Positions 1 through 12,175 of a DNA stretch of 46,439 nt are shown piece after piece (positions within the stretch are counted from its first letter, which is position 1; each line of letters begins with the position of its first letter). A program made the translations under genes and the position numbers. Source of the stretch: Ginglymostoma cirratum (taxonomy: Eukaryota). The DNA lies in NCBI GenBank assembly GCA_024137785.1, contig JAHRHZ010000027.1, positions 102,929 through 149,367 of the forward strand. The letters run 5' to 3'. The notes beneath the pieces were generated by a model, which saw only the letters and a list, made by a program, of their open reading frames with translations, did no database searches and had not been told where the DNA came from.

Positions 1-280
1 GGCCAGCATTATTGCCCATCCCTCGTTGCCGTTGAGAAGGTAGTGATGAGCTGCTTTCTTGAACCGCTCCAGTCCTCCTGCTGTGGGTTGACCCACAATG
101 CTATTAGGGAGGGAATTCCAGAATTTTGACCCAGTGACAGTGAAGAAACGGCAATATATTTCCAAGTCAAGAGTGACTTGGAGCGGAACTTGGAAGTGGT
201 GGCGTTCCCATATGTCTGATGCCCTTTCCTTCTAGATGGAAGTGGCCATGGGTTTGGAAGGTGCTGTCTGAGGATCTTCA
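1..280 (-). mobile_element. 3' end of a non-LTR retrotransposon (same family as 35670-36090 and 45190-45535)
   Basis: Three dispersed similar copies in the window (ttccaagtcaggatggtgagtggcttggagggga...). Confidence 0.7.
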
Positions 281-1136
281 GGTAAACGTCCTCCAAGGTG
301 AACTTTGGGGTACACAACAATGCAGAGTCTCCGAGCAGAGGCTGATCACCAAGTTCGGTACCTATGAGGACAGACTTAACCGGGATCTTGGGTTCATGTC
401 ACACTACAGGNNNNNNNNNNNNNNNNNNNNNNNNNNNNNNNNNNNNNNNNNNNNNNNNNNNNNNNNNNNNNNNNNNNNNNNNNNNNNNNNNNNNNNNNNN
501 NNNNNNNNNNNNNNNNNNNNNNNNNNNNNNNNNNNNNNNNNNNNNNNNNNNNNNNNNNNNNNNNNNNNAAACACGTTCTCTCTTTTTTTCCCCCCACCCC
601 CGCCATCCCTCACACGTGCATACACACAGATACGCGCATACACACACACACACTCTGCGGTGAATTTCTATTTGCAGATACATTATATTTTGTTCAAAAA
701 CACACAATTTATACACAATCAGTCATTTAGGCATTTTATAAATTCCTACTTTAGAAAGAAAACCAGTCTGTCTCCAAACCAAAACACAAATACATTCTAA
801 ACAAGGCCTCACATTTAACGTGCATTGTCTGACCTAAAATGTCACCTCTTCTTTACACTGATAAAACCTTCAGTTCTCTCAGGGCAGTGAATGAAATAAA
901 TTCAGTGATGTACAAATACATAGTAATCAATTAAAACCTTCTAACTGATTAAAGATTTAACAGCATCTTAGTTTTGTTTAATATATTCTCATCAATTGTG
1001 TGAACCTTTGATCTTATACTGTAAAATTCTGCATTCTGTGTGCTTCTTTCTCACTTCACCTGATGAACGTGCAACGCACTGAAAGCTTGTGTTTTCAAAT
1101 AAACCTGTCGGACTATAGGCTGGTGTCATGTGACTG
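275..1136 (+). mobile_element. Penelope-like element 3' fragment
   Basis: EQRLITKFGTYEDRLNRDLGFMSHY (GIY-YIG C-terminus-like), CA-rich tail, CTGATGA..GAAA core at 1060-1084, then AATAAA. Confidence 0.7.
411..568. other. Assembly gap (158 N)
   Basis: Run of N, inside a PLE tail next to CA-rich repeats. Confidence 1.
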
Positions 1137-2578
1137 CAGACAAGGCAATAGAACTACTTGGATTGCACAGAGGGAACTTTGAATGAAGTTCAGGGACAGT
1201 TGGATACAGCTACACTGCGTGGGAAAGGCCATAAGTGATTGGGAGTCAGTGTGATGGACCCACAAGGCTGAGATTTTCGTGGACAGTACAGACAGTGATA
1301 TCACTACATCGCAGGTAAAGAGTGCACTGGCAGAAAGGGAATGGGTGACCAACAGACAGAGTGAAAACACCAGACAGGGAGCACAGGAATACACTGTGAC
1401 CATCTCCCTTTGCCATAGACTTTTCCTTTTGGACACTGCTGGGGAGATGCGTTCTCTGAAGAATGCAGTGACAGCAAAATCCATGGCACCAGGAGCGGCT
1501 CAGCTGCCCGATTGAAGGGAGAGAGGGATTTAGACTCTGGGGGCAAAGGGTCCCATTTTGGAGAAGATGGAATCTGTACAAGTTGGCCGGTTGTGAACCA
1601 GCCAACTAATACCCTACAGGGGTCATTTGACAGCTCTGTGGGTAGAGGATAAAGTAACTGTGTGCCATGACCATGGAACATATGTCATGTCACCTATGGT
1701 TATATTGAACTTTGCTTCCAATGCGAGTTTTTTGAAAGAAAATTGATCAAATCAAAATGACTGCAGATATAAATTTAGTGGATAGGTGGAAAGAGACCCT
1801 GGAAGTTTGTACCCTATAGTATGTCAAGGAAACTTCAAACTAATTGACTTAGAGAGAGTATGAAAAACTGAAATGTATTCACCTTGGAGTTATCTCAGAC
1901 TATGATAGTGACAGGAAAGAATGCAGCAGTCTGGGTGAGAGACCATTTTATTTTGTCTTTCCCTTTCAGTGATACACACAGACAGGAGTTAAGAATGAAC
2001 CTCAATCCTGGTCTCTATCTGTGTCAGTGGCCTGATGTTCTGATATCTGGACAATGTGCTGCAAAGGTCACAGCTTTGAGAACAGTCTTTAAACAATCCT
2101 GTACTGTACATAAAGAGATGGATAAAACTCTTTCTTACTTGGAGTGAAGCTATCCAGCCTCTGTCAAAAGGAACCAGGACAAAAGAATTTCAAACAACCT
2201 ACAAAGCCAAGAATGTCAATCAACTGTTCAATACAACAAGTAATGTTCACAAAAATGGCTGTAATGTTCCACTATCCACTCTTTAGAAACAACTCAGAGG
2301 CTGAACTGTACATCTTTAAAGAACTATCATTCTTTGGTCTCACTTCATATTCTTAATCTCTATGTATGTGCGTTGCAGTATTAATATTCTTGTTTATTAA
2401 CAAAACAAACTCACTCTTTATTAACTCAAGAAAACCCGGTTAAATTGACTCCTTTTAGATCATAAACTCATTTGGTCTGTGAGAGACGTATTCACAAGGG
2501 AGAAGATATATGTCTGATTAATGCAGATATTCTTTGAAAAACACAACGACAGTTCAAGAAGCTGAAAGTAATATTTAC

Positions 2579-2902
2579 CACGGCTCCCAATTTGTGCCAA
2601 ATAACTGCAGTTCCTCTCTGGTCTGTGGATGACTGACACATTAACCATTTCACTGGAGTTTTCTCCCTGAGTATTTGATGTTGTGCAGTAATATCGATGA
2701 TGTCGCAGTTTGAATAACTGACAATGTAGATCCAGTTTATTGCTCTCAGAAATCTTTGAATGTTCAGATGGTGTCTGTTCACGCCATGTGTACCGAATGG
2801 GAAGGGATCCCTGGGCAGACTCACAGGAGATAGAAACTGAGTTCTCAAAACACGTGATATTTGATGGTGATAAAAACCGAATTATCAGTACAGACACACG
2901 TT
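2579..2902 (-). pseudogene. Ig C2 exon (FcR-like) of minus-strand paralog; frame itself open
   Basis: SCESAQGSLPIRYTW, YYCTTSN; AG/GT boundaries; 324 nt like exon 3. Confidence 0.85.
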
Positions 2903-3989
2903 CTATGAGAAAGAAGAGAATGAGGAGATACTGACTGAGGATCCAAATATCAAATATTTTGCAAATTTCATCATTTCTATCTTTTATCCAATTGTTTTCA
3001 TTTTGGAATCTCCACAGTTGTTATCCAAATATCATCTTAATGTTGCATGACTTTAGAGTTAACAGTCTTTAATTAATCCCATGGGATTACCTCACCCACA
3101 GACTGTGATCCTGCAGAACACTTTTAGAATCCTTTCAAGTGATCACTTGAAGTGCCAGACCCACAAGACTTACAGGTGAAGTGCTGGTTTATGGGACCAT
3201 GACAGATAGATACTTGTTGACCAGCACAGGCATGATGGGACAAAGGGCCACAATGCATGCTGGAGTATTCTATGTCTCTAAAATGGATGTCAGTGGGTTT
3301 GGCTGGCTTCCACAAATCCTGAGAACTGCTGTGTTTCTCCCAAAACTTGTGATACTGTAAGCTACTATGTCCATGATTGGTTTTGTCGAGCAGCATGTTG
3401 AAGAGCTGACTAGAACACAGGTTATTTTGAATGTACTATAATATCATGGAAAAGAGCTAATTAATGACCTTGTTGTAAAAGAGCCTTCAGGGATGAATGT
3501 TCAGAATATGACAGAATTATACATTATGCCTGGAAATGAGGTATTTCAAACTGAAAGACGGTTGAATTAGGAAAGTTACGAAGGAGACAAGCACAAACTG
3601 GCAGAGCCGGTTTGGGAAAGTACATTAAAAAGGCAGGATAGTATACAGGCAACGGACAGTCATAAAGACCTGGTTCATGCCTAACAGCAAGAAAATAGTC
3701 CGTTCAAAAAAAAGACAGATAAACTTTATCTGAGAAAAGAAAGTTAAATACTTATGAGATTAAAGCAATAGGCTTATAAATTGGCCAAAATCATTTGAAA
3801 TTTGAGGATTGGAATTTTTTAAGCGTAAAACAAAGAAGAAGAATAGAATACAACTGCAATCTAACAAAGAAAACATTAAATTGAAAGCTTCTGCAGGGGG
3901 AATTCATAGAATTGATAAATCCCCATCAGCTGATAGTCTACAGACATGTCAGTAGAGATAGACGATGCATTGCTAATTATATTCCCAAA

Positions 3990-5115
3990 TATTGTAGAAT
4001 GATTTCTTCAGACTGGAAGCTTGCAAATGTCACCCCTTTACTAAAGGAAAGAGAAAGGGGAGAAATAGTTAAGGAAGAAAGAACTGCGGCTGCTGTAAAT
4101 CAGGAACAAAAAATAAGTTGCTGGAAAAGCTCAGCAGGTCTAGCAGCATCTGTGAAGTTAAAAACAGAAGTAACTATTCAGGTCCAGTGACCGTTCCTCA
4201 GAACAGATCTATCAGCCTACATCAGTAGTAAGGAAAATGCCAGAATCTATCATAAAGGATGTAACAAATGGACACTCGGATAAAACTGATTTGATGGTGT
4301 GTAGTCTCCATGAATTTGTGAATGGAGAATTGAGTTTTATCAACTTGTTCGAGTTTTCAGGATGTTACTCACAAAATTGATAAATGGAAGTTAATGGATG
4401 GAGTGCATTTAGATTTTGAGAAGGGTTTTGAGAAGGACCCCACAGGAGTTTGATTTGCAAAGTTAAAGCACATGGTATAGGAGGTGAAATAATGACATGG
4501 GTTGATGATTGGTGAACAGACAGAAAAAAGACAATAGGAATAAATTAAACATTTCCATGTTGGCAGGCTGTGACTAGTAGGGTACGGCAATGATCAGTAC
4601 TTGATCCTGAGTTTGTTTCAGTGTATAGCAATGATTTGGAGACAGGGACTAAATTTAACATTTCCAAATTTGCAGATGATACAAGCAAAATGAGGATTAA
4701 ATCTTGTAAGATGCAAAATATCTTCATGAGGATTTGGACAGGCTTAATGATTAGGCAAGAATTTGGCTGATGGTAGATAATGTGGATAAATGTGAGGTTA
4801 TCCACTTCGGTAGGAGGAACAGATGAGCAGAGTATTTTATAAAAGGTGAGATGTTGGAAAGTATAGATAGGCAAGGAGACTTGGGTACCCTGGTCAATAA
4901 GATATTGAAGGCGAACATGCAGGTGCAGCAAGTTATTTGGAAAGATGCAGGCATGTTAGCCTTTATTACATGAGGATTTGAGTATGAAGAATTCATGCTT
5001 CAGTTATCGTTTAGGATCTTGGTTAAACCACACCTGAAGCATTTTGTGCAGTTTCGATCAGCTTACTTCAGGAAAGATATTATTGCCTTGGAAGGAGTGC
5101 ATCATAGGTTCAACA
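3990..5115 (+). mobile_element. Degraded CR1-type LINE RT fragment (mirror partly at 27660-28180, - strand)
   Basis: DWKLANVTPL, KFADDT, NVDKCEVIHFGRRN motifs with stops and frameshifts. Confidence 0.8.
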
Positions 5116-5408
5116 GATTTTATGGTGTATATTTAAAGTAGGACTCGATAATTTTTTTATTATTATTTGTATGAAGAATTAAGAGCATAGTGTGTCTTAC
5201 TGGCACTGAAGTGTTCAATCAGCCATAATTGCATTAATTAGTGGGACAGGCTCAATAGACCGAATGGCCTCCACTGTACATATCTTCCTATCAACGAGTA
5301 TCAACTCTGCTGCAGCACGTTGGGGTGTTAAAGGATTCATGGTTCCTCCCAGATAAAACATTGAACAGATAGTTCAGTTGATATTAATTTAAAAAATGTA
5401 AAATGTAC

Positions 5409-5729
5409 CGTGTGATACTTTGAGATTCACTGCAGATAATTCATCTCTACCTGCTCGATCAATACCACAGCTGTACCATCCTGCATCTTCCGTGCGAAGA
5501 CGCTCCATGGTAACAACAAATACTCCTTGTGTCTTGTTATCTTGGATTGACATTCTCCCTCGCTGCCCACCCGGATCAGTCATTCTCACCAAATACGAGC
5601 AGTAGGTAGTCCAACCAAGACACCAGTATTTCATATTGTCCTTGAACCATGTGTTGCATTTACAATTTATTGTGATTGATCTTCCCACAATTCCTGTTAC
5701 TTACTCCTTTATCCACAGAGAAATTGAAA
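5409..5729 (-). pseudogene. Ig V exon (CD300/pIgR-type) with in-frame stop
   Basis: KYWCLGWTTYC, EDAGWYSC; 321 nt like V1; TAA at 5701-5703. Confidence 0.88.
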
Positions 5730-8700
5730 CTGACAAGGGAACTTTTCCAAAATTGAGCAAGAATTAAGCTCTTAATAGAAATAAATACATCTTAATAAGT
5801 TTTACCCCTGTACACACAGGAAACTCTGCATCCTATCTGAAACAAACATATGACCATATAAATTAGGAACTATAATCTGCAACGACAAAGCAGAAGTGGA
5901 ACATTCAGCTCTTGAAACTTGCTGTGCCATTCAGAAGATCATCGCCGATACACTTATGTTCCAATCCCACATTCTCATTTACCCTGATAATCTTTGATAC
6001 TTGTCTCACAAATATCTACCCACCTCCTTCTGTGGCAGACAGTTCTCTGGAGAAAAAATTCTCTATATTAAAAGTGATACCTAATTTTAAATTAGTGACC
6101 CCTCAGGGACAATGTCGTGCATCATTGAAACACAATGTCCTCACTTTTATGTTCAATTCCTCATGTAATAAAGAATAGCATTGTATTAGCCTGCTTAATC
6201 ACGGGTTGGTACCTGCATTCTAGCTTCATGTAACTCGTGCAGAACACCTTGATCCCTCTGCATCTTGGATTTTTGCATTGGTCAAAATTTAAATAATATT
6301 CAGCGGTTCCAGGATTTTGACTTATCGACACTGAAGGAATGGTAATATAGTTCCGTGTTAGGATGGTATGGGATATTACCATCAGTTCTGAAGTTCAAGT
6401 TTCAAAATAGTTGCATGATATCAGCATCAGTTTTGGCTGATTCTTGTTGGTACTTCTGTGAAGAGTTTTCTTTCAAATAAAATGAAAGTAAGAATCCCTG
6501 TGAAACAGTGACCAGTAGTGGTCAGCAAGCAAATGCCTCTAAACTGTTCTGCATTGTATTAGAAAATTGTTTTTACTGTGCTGCTTTATGACAGATTTAT
6601 CGCCACTGAAGAAAATGAGGTTGCTTTCAGTTCAGATTAAACACAAGGTTTAGAAGGAAGTACATTTTCTCTCTGAGACTGTATTTTCCTGAGCAGCTAC
6701 TGAATACTTTACCTCGGCAGAACATCAGATTTCTCTGGACTTGGTTGACTGTCAATTGACAATGTTGTGAAATAGTTGAAAACTGTTTTTCAGTGTGTCT
6801 TAAGATGGTTCGAAACTGTATATCTGGATAGATTGCCTTCATTTTCAATTACATCTTTTTTGGAATAAACTTTTGTTCTGTTCTTTTAAAAGTTCAGTCA
6901 CCTTCTCTGATTATGCTTGAGTGACTAAACACAGCGTTAATGAAAATTTTAAAAAATGTACCATATCAGATATAATTCTGGGATTTGACTGTTCTCATAG
7001 TTCCATAAAGTGAGCTCAGAACATTGATCTACTATTAACTCTGCATTCTCACTCTCTCGAGGGCCAACACTCACTTTACTTATTCTTTTCCTTTCCAGAT
7101 AGCCATTCAACCTCTTGCTATCCATTTGTAGAGCTTGTTCTCATGTTTTTATTGATTTGTCCTGTTTAAACTTTTTATCATTTTCTGCCATTCTCACTCT
7201 TGTTACAGTTCATGTGACACACCATTCATCGTACTGGAATGATTTTCTTTTTCCTGTAGTTTGATGCATTCCTCAACTTCTTTAGTTCACCATGGGAATG
7301 TAGGTCCTCCACTTGGAATTTTTCATGTGCATCTCTTCATTCTGAGCATTCTGAAATATCCCTTGCAGTGTCTGCCACAGCTTCATTACTGATTTAGTTG
7401 CTAACCTTACATCCCAGTTCACTTCAGAAAGCTGAGCTATCATGTCCATTTAATGGCCCACATTTAAAGGTTAAAATAACAATCTCAGAACAAAACCTCG
7501 ATGTTTGAAATGGGATATAAAATTCAATCAGATTGTGCTCACTGCTATTCAGACAATACCAAAGACCAACTATCTGGTTGGTTCCAGAATGTGTCACTGT
7601 AAGAGACTGTCTCAAAAACACTAGACAAATCCCTTATTGAACAGATTACAATTACTCACAGTTATCGCCTTCTGTTTATCACATGCACCCAAACATTTAT
7701 CCTTAAATACACCTTCAGGGATTTGTAAATCATTCCCACAAGTGACCTCTTTTTAACCAAATTATTCCTCATCTCCATCCAAACCAATCCTACATCTTCA
7801 TTTCCCAAACCAAGATTATCGCTATCTTTTGCACCAATAGTTAGACTATAGACTGTACATCTCCTTCGGTTTGAATTTAGGCGTGAGATTTAGTGATGAC
7901 AAGAGATTGGATAAACTAGGTTTGTTTACTTGGTACAATGGCGATTGAGAGGGGACATGACTGAAATGTATAAAATTATGGAGGAACAGACGAGGAAGAG
8001 AGGAAGAACCTTTTCCTCTTGATGGAGGGTCCCTTGACCAGGGATATAGACTTGAAGTAAGAACAGGAAGTTTGGACGGAATTGAAGGAAAATTATTTCT
8101 GAACTGGAGCAGGATCGAAGGAATAAAGGACCTTTTTCTTTGGTCTGGACTTCTATAACTTTATTCTTCTCTGGCCATATCTATTTTCTCTGGGATTCAA
8201 AGAAATGAGTGGTGATCTCATTGAAATATATAGAGACCCCAGGGGGCTTGATTGGGCCCATGTTGGACATACATTTCCCTGTGGAACACAGTATCACAGT
8301 CTCAAAAATGGGAGCCAGGCATTTGGAAGAAGATGAGGAGAAACGTTGTCACTCAAAGGTTGGGAACCTTTCAAATTCTCTAACCAAGAGACCTGTAGAC
8401 AATCAGCTTTAAGTATATTCAGTGTACCGATGAGTGAATCTTTTTTGATCAGAGATATGGGCCTTGCTCAGGCAAGTGGTGTTGAGGGAGCCTTAATGTT
8501 GTTCAATGATGGACCATCCTTGAAGAGGTCAAATAACCGAATCCTTCTGCTATTTCTGAAGTTCCTCCATGAAAGTTATCCATCAAAAATTTCACTGAAG
8601 CTAAATTCATCAGATTAATTTGGAGTGGATGCAAAAATGACAGATTTACTTCTTTGGGGCGAAAGAATGTTATGAAAAGATTCCTTATTGATGGAGCACT

Positions 8701-9079
8701 GTGCGTAAAGTGTGTGTCATCGAGGAGCAGTGACATTGACTGAGCCTCAATATTTCACCAGTTGCACTTTAAAGATCAGAAACAATTGCAAACTCAGGGA
8801 ATGTTCTCTTAGAGACATTATTACCGCTGCAGCATTCAGTTTCCATTGGATAGCAAAAGCATGCAAAAGTTCACTTTTCACAAATTAAATATTTTATTCG
8901 GGGCTCTTGTGAGAAGTAGTTTAGATAAAATAGGGACAAGACTTCACCCAAACATTTTTCCTGAGTATTCTGTGCCTATGCGTGTCCCTGACTATTTAAA
9001 CATCACGGCTGAATAGCAGGTACACGAGGCATATGCCAATACAGACTGTCCAAAATATCCAGCTTGTGCTGTCACTCAC

Positions 9080-9116
9080 CGGCCGCCGAATAAATGAGTA
9101 GAATCAGGCTCCACAT
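9080..9116 (-). pseudogene. Leader exon of minus-strand paralog (MWSLILLIYSAA)
   Basis: Reverse complement of 24094-24130 with 3 substitutions; donor GTGAGT intact. Confidence 0.85.
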
Positions 9117-9939
9117 TTTCTTTTCCTTGCAATGTTCAGATCGGCGCTCGTTATCACTCACCCAGCTCTGAGTGATCTCAAGGAAAGAAGATTCCAATAA
9201 AAGTCAAATGAGAAATTTCCGTGAGGGAAAAGATGGCAGCAAGCCAGTCCTTTGAAAATTCCTCTCTTCAAATCCCTCCTGAAGAGGGGTCAGATCTGAC
9301 CATTTCTTCACTGGTTATGCCAGTGCTCCTTGTTAGCTGCAGATATTCTTACAACAGAAAGCACAGCTCGACACCTGCCTGTTTGTTTTCTTGTGGAGAA
9401 TTGCTGCCAGGAGGATGTTACTTGGTCTGCAGATGTGGTTACCGACATCATGCCAGGTGTTAGTCACCCTGAGAGGTCTTATTTCCTGTCCGTTGCTAAA
9501 AGCATAAGTTCCTAATTCTGCTGAAAAATATGTCTGTCAGCAATAAACAAACTAAGGCAGCCTGTGCTGACAGTGGAAATGCAGGACAAATGTGACCGTG
9601 CACTCACTCAGGAACGTGCATGCACACAGTTCCAGATCCTCCACTTGGTCCCTCATGTGCAAAGTCCACACTGTATGTGTGTGGAGAACAAACATGACTT
9701 CGAAATGGGAACTGGACGATGCTAGTGGGTTGGGTAGGGGGTAGGAGCAGAGAGAACGGACAGGTGTGCGCACCACTGTGCTGATTTAGCCCCCATACCC
9801 TCAGGCCCAGTACCTTCCCCCCAACACCCCAGCACAATCCGCTTTTTCTTTCTGCTGGTCATCTGTTCCTTCCCTGTCTCTACAGTCTCAGGCTGCAGAG
9901 GGACCATCTCTCTATACGGCTATCCACAATACTGATAGT

Positions 9940-10330
9940 CTCATGGATGGTCCACAGTGTCCTCAGGCATCACTCCAGCTCCAAAACCCAGGCATCCAGC
10001 AGTTGCAGTGATAGATACTTCCTCCACATGGATTGGTCGCAGGAGGTAACTCTCCTCCTGACATCCCAGAGACTGCCCACAATATGGAAGGCCCATGTCA
10101 GGCCCACGGAATATTCCCCACTTCCCTGGATGGGTGCAGCTCCCACAACACTGAAGCAGCTTGGTGCCCTCCATGACAAAGTTTCCCGGTTAATTGGCAC
10201 CATTTCCACCATCTTCAACATTCACTCCTCAATGCATGGTGGCACCAATGTCTACCATCTACTAGACGCATTGCAGGAAATCACCAAGTAGCAGTGCATG
10301 TGACAGTACCTCCCAAACCTGCGACCCTTA
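9940..10330 (+). mobile_element. Non-LTR retrotransposon RT C-terminal fragment
   Basis: TIWKAHVRPTEYSPLPWMGAAPTTLKQLGALHDKVSRLIG resembles the LINE YKxxVRxxxEY motif. Confidence 0.65.
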
Positions 10331-10359
10331 ATACATTGAAATATGGGAAAGCAAATGCA

Positions 10360-11325
10360 TACAACGTATTGGAAGAGACCCACCAACTCATCAACAACGG
10401 AAGAAGAAAACAACAATCAACGTCCATTTCTGGATGTTAGAGATGACTGTTAGACCAAACGGGAGTTCCAAACTTCAGTGTGCAGAGAAGCAACCCACAC
10501 TGATCCAATCCTCAACTTTCACAGCAACATGCCAACATCCACAAACAAAGCTGCTTTAGGACACTATTTAAATGGGCCATGACACACGCAACCCTCTGGC
10601 ACTGTGCAGGAAAGGGGAAGAGCACCTATACAAAATCTTCGCTATAAACGGATATCCCCACAACTTCACCCGCAGATGCCTACTAAACAGACAACAACAG
10701 GAGCACACAGTACGCCACAACACACTGGCCACACTGCCCTACATCAGGAACTTATCAGAACTGACATCAAGACTCCGAAGACGACTAGGAATCATGGTGG
10801 GCCACAAGCCCACAGCCAATCTACGACAAACACTCACAAGGATTAAAGACCCCATTCCCACAACATGCAGAACCAATGTGGTTTACTAAATGCCATGCAA
10901 CGACTGCAACATTACATCGAGAAGGAAACTAGCCATCAGAATACACAAACATCAGCTAACAGCAAAACGGCACAAGGAACTCTCCTTAATATCAGTGCAC
11001 TCAGACAATGAAGGCCATTAGTTTAACTGGGACAGGGTAACCACAGTAGCCCAAGCCAAACATAGACATGTACAGGAATTCCTAGAGGCATGGTTCTCAA
11101 CCCATACTTCAATCAACAAAAACACAGAATTGGACCCCATACACAAACCCATACAGATCAAAACCGGAAACGACAATATTTACCATGACGGACCAAACAA
11201 TATAAATTCCAAGTGGAGTCGAATAACATTGCTTCATCGGATGCTCCACTGATGATGTCACCTAGCATGGTGATGAAACGTCTGAACGAAAGCAAGCCAG
11301 CTCGGCGAACAAGTCAACAACTTCA
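10360..11325 (+). mobile_element. 5'-truncated Penelope-like element (RT C-terminus + GIY-YIG endonuclease), frameshifted
   Basis: EEENNNQRPFLDV, NGYPHNF, TLPYIRNLSE, CRTNVVY..PCNDC; hammerhead core in the 3' tail. Confidence 0.85.
11245..11286 (+). ncRNA. Minimal type I hammerhead ribozyme motif of the PLE
   Basis: CTGATGA 11249-11255, stem II GTCACC/GGTGAT, GAAA 11275-11278, CGTC cleavage-site motif. Confidence 0.65.
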
Positions 11326-11574
11326 ATAACAGATGTAATTTACTGATTCTTTGTGGAGAGATGCTTCAGAGAAAATGATTAAATTGCTGTCACATTGTAT
11401 CCTGATGTGGAAGAGGAGCAGCCTGTTGACGACCAAGTAAACTTTACTTCATTAAATACCAGACCAATGGTCTTGTTGGGCGAATAGCTCTTTGTGTGGG
11501 GAACAATTCTTGACCAAAATGATAGAAAGGGTTTTAAACACAAGGTGAAGAGCTCCATTAGTTGCCCAATACTA

Positions 11575-12175
11575 CTTCTTTTGTAAAAATGATCATGTCT
11601 AGGTCCTCACCTAACTTAGTCTCTTTGTCATGAATTACTGGCATGTTACTTGTGCCCTCCTTTGTGAAGACGGACACAAAGTACCTGTTCAATATCTCAG
11701 CTAATTCCTCATTTCCCATTTTTAAATCCCCCTTTTCATCCTGTAAAGGACCATTGTCTACCTTACCTACTCTTTTTTAGTTTTATATAATTACAGAAAC
11801 CTCTGCTATCTGTCTTTCTACTCTGAGCTGGTTTAATCTAATAATCTATCTTGCTTTTCTTTAAGGCCTTTTTTGTGGCTTTCTGTTGACGTTTAAAGTT
11901 TTCCCAATCTTCCAGTTTCGCCACTGGTCTTTGCCACTTTGTATGCCTTGTCTTTCAATTTGATCCACCCCCTTACTTCCTTACACATGCGTGGCTGATT
12001 ATCCTTTTTCCTGCAGTCCTTCCTTTTTGCTGGTATATACTTTTTCTGAGAACTTTGAAAGATTACTTTGAAAGTCCTCCACTGTTCTTCAACTGTCCCA
12101 CCGTAGACACATTGCTTTGAGTCTACTTTAGCCAACTCCTCCCTCATCTTATTGTGCTCTCCTTTGTTTAAGCAC
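11575..12175 (-). mobile_element. CR1-type LINE ORF2 fragment (left-arm specific)
   Basis: MREELAKVD...TVEEQWRTFK...KYIP linker region typical of CR1 ORF2. Confidence 0.75.

Larger units (their letters stand above)
2579..9116 (-). pseudogene. Inverted paralog of the receptor (leader 9080-9116, V 5409-5729, C2 2579-2902) with premature stop; any further exons would lie left of the window
   Basis: Same exon lengths and splice sites as exons 1-3 of the + gene. TAA at 5703-5701 replaces AAA (WIKE*VTG vs WTKEKVTG). C2 start ERVSVL has lost both prolines of EPVSxP. Confidence 0.85.

Noticed and set aside
219-800. 193-aa ORF and overlapping ORFs containing X runs
   Set aside because: Artefacts of translating through the N gap and across a LINE/PLE junction.
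3124-3396. ORF conserved in both arms (also 28626-28931)
   Set aside because: Intronic, lies next to degraded CR1-like sequence, has no recognisable domain, and the similarity is explained by the duplication.
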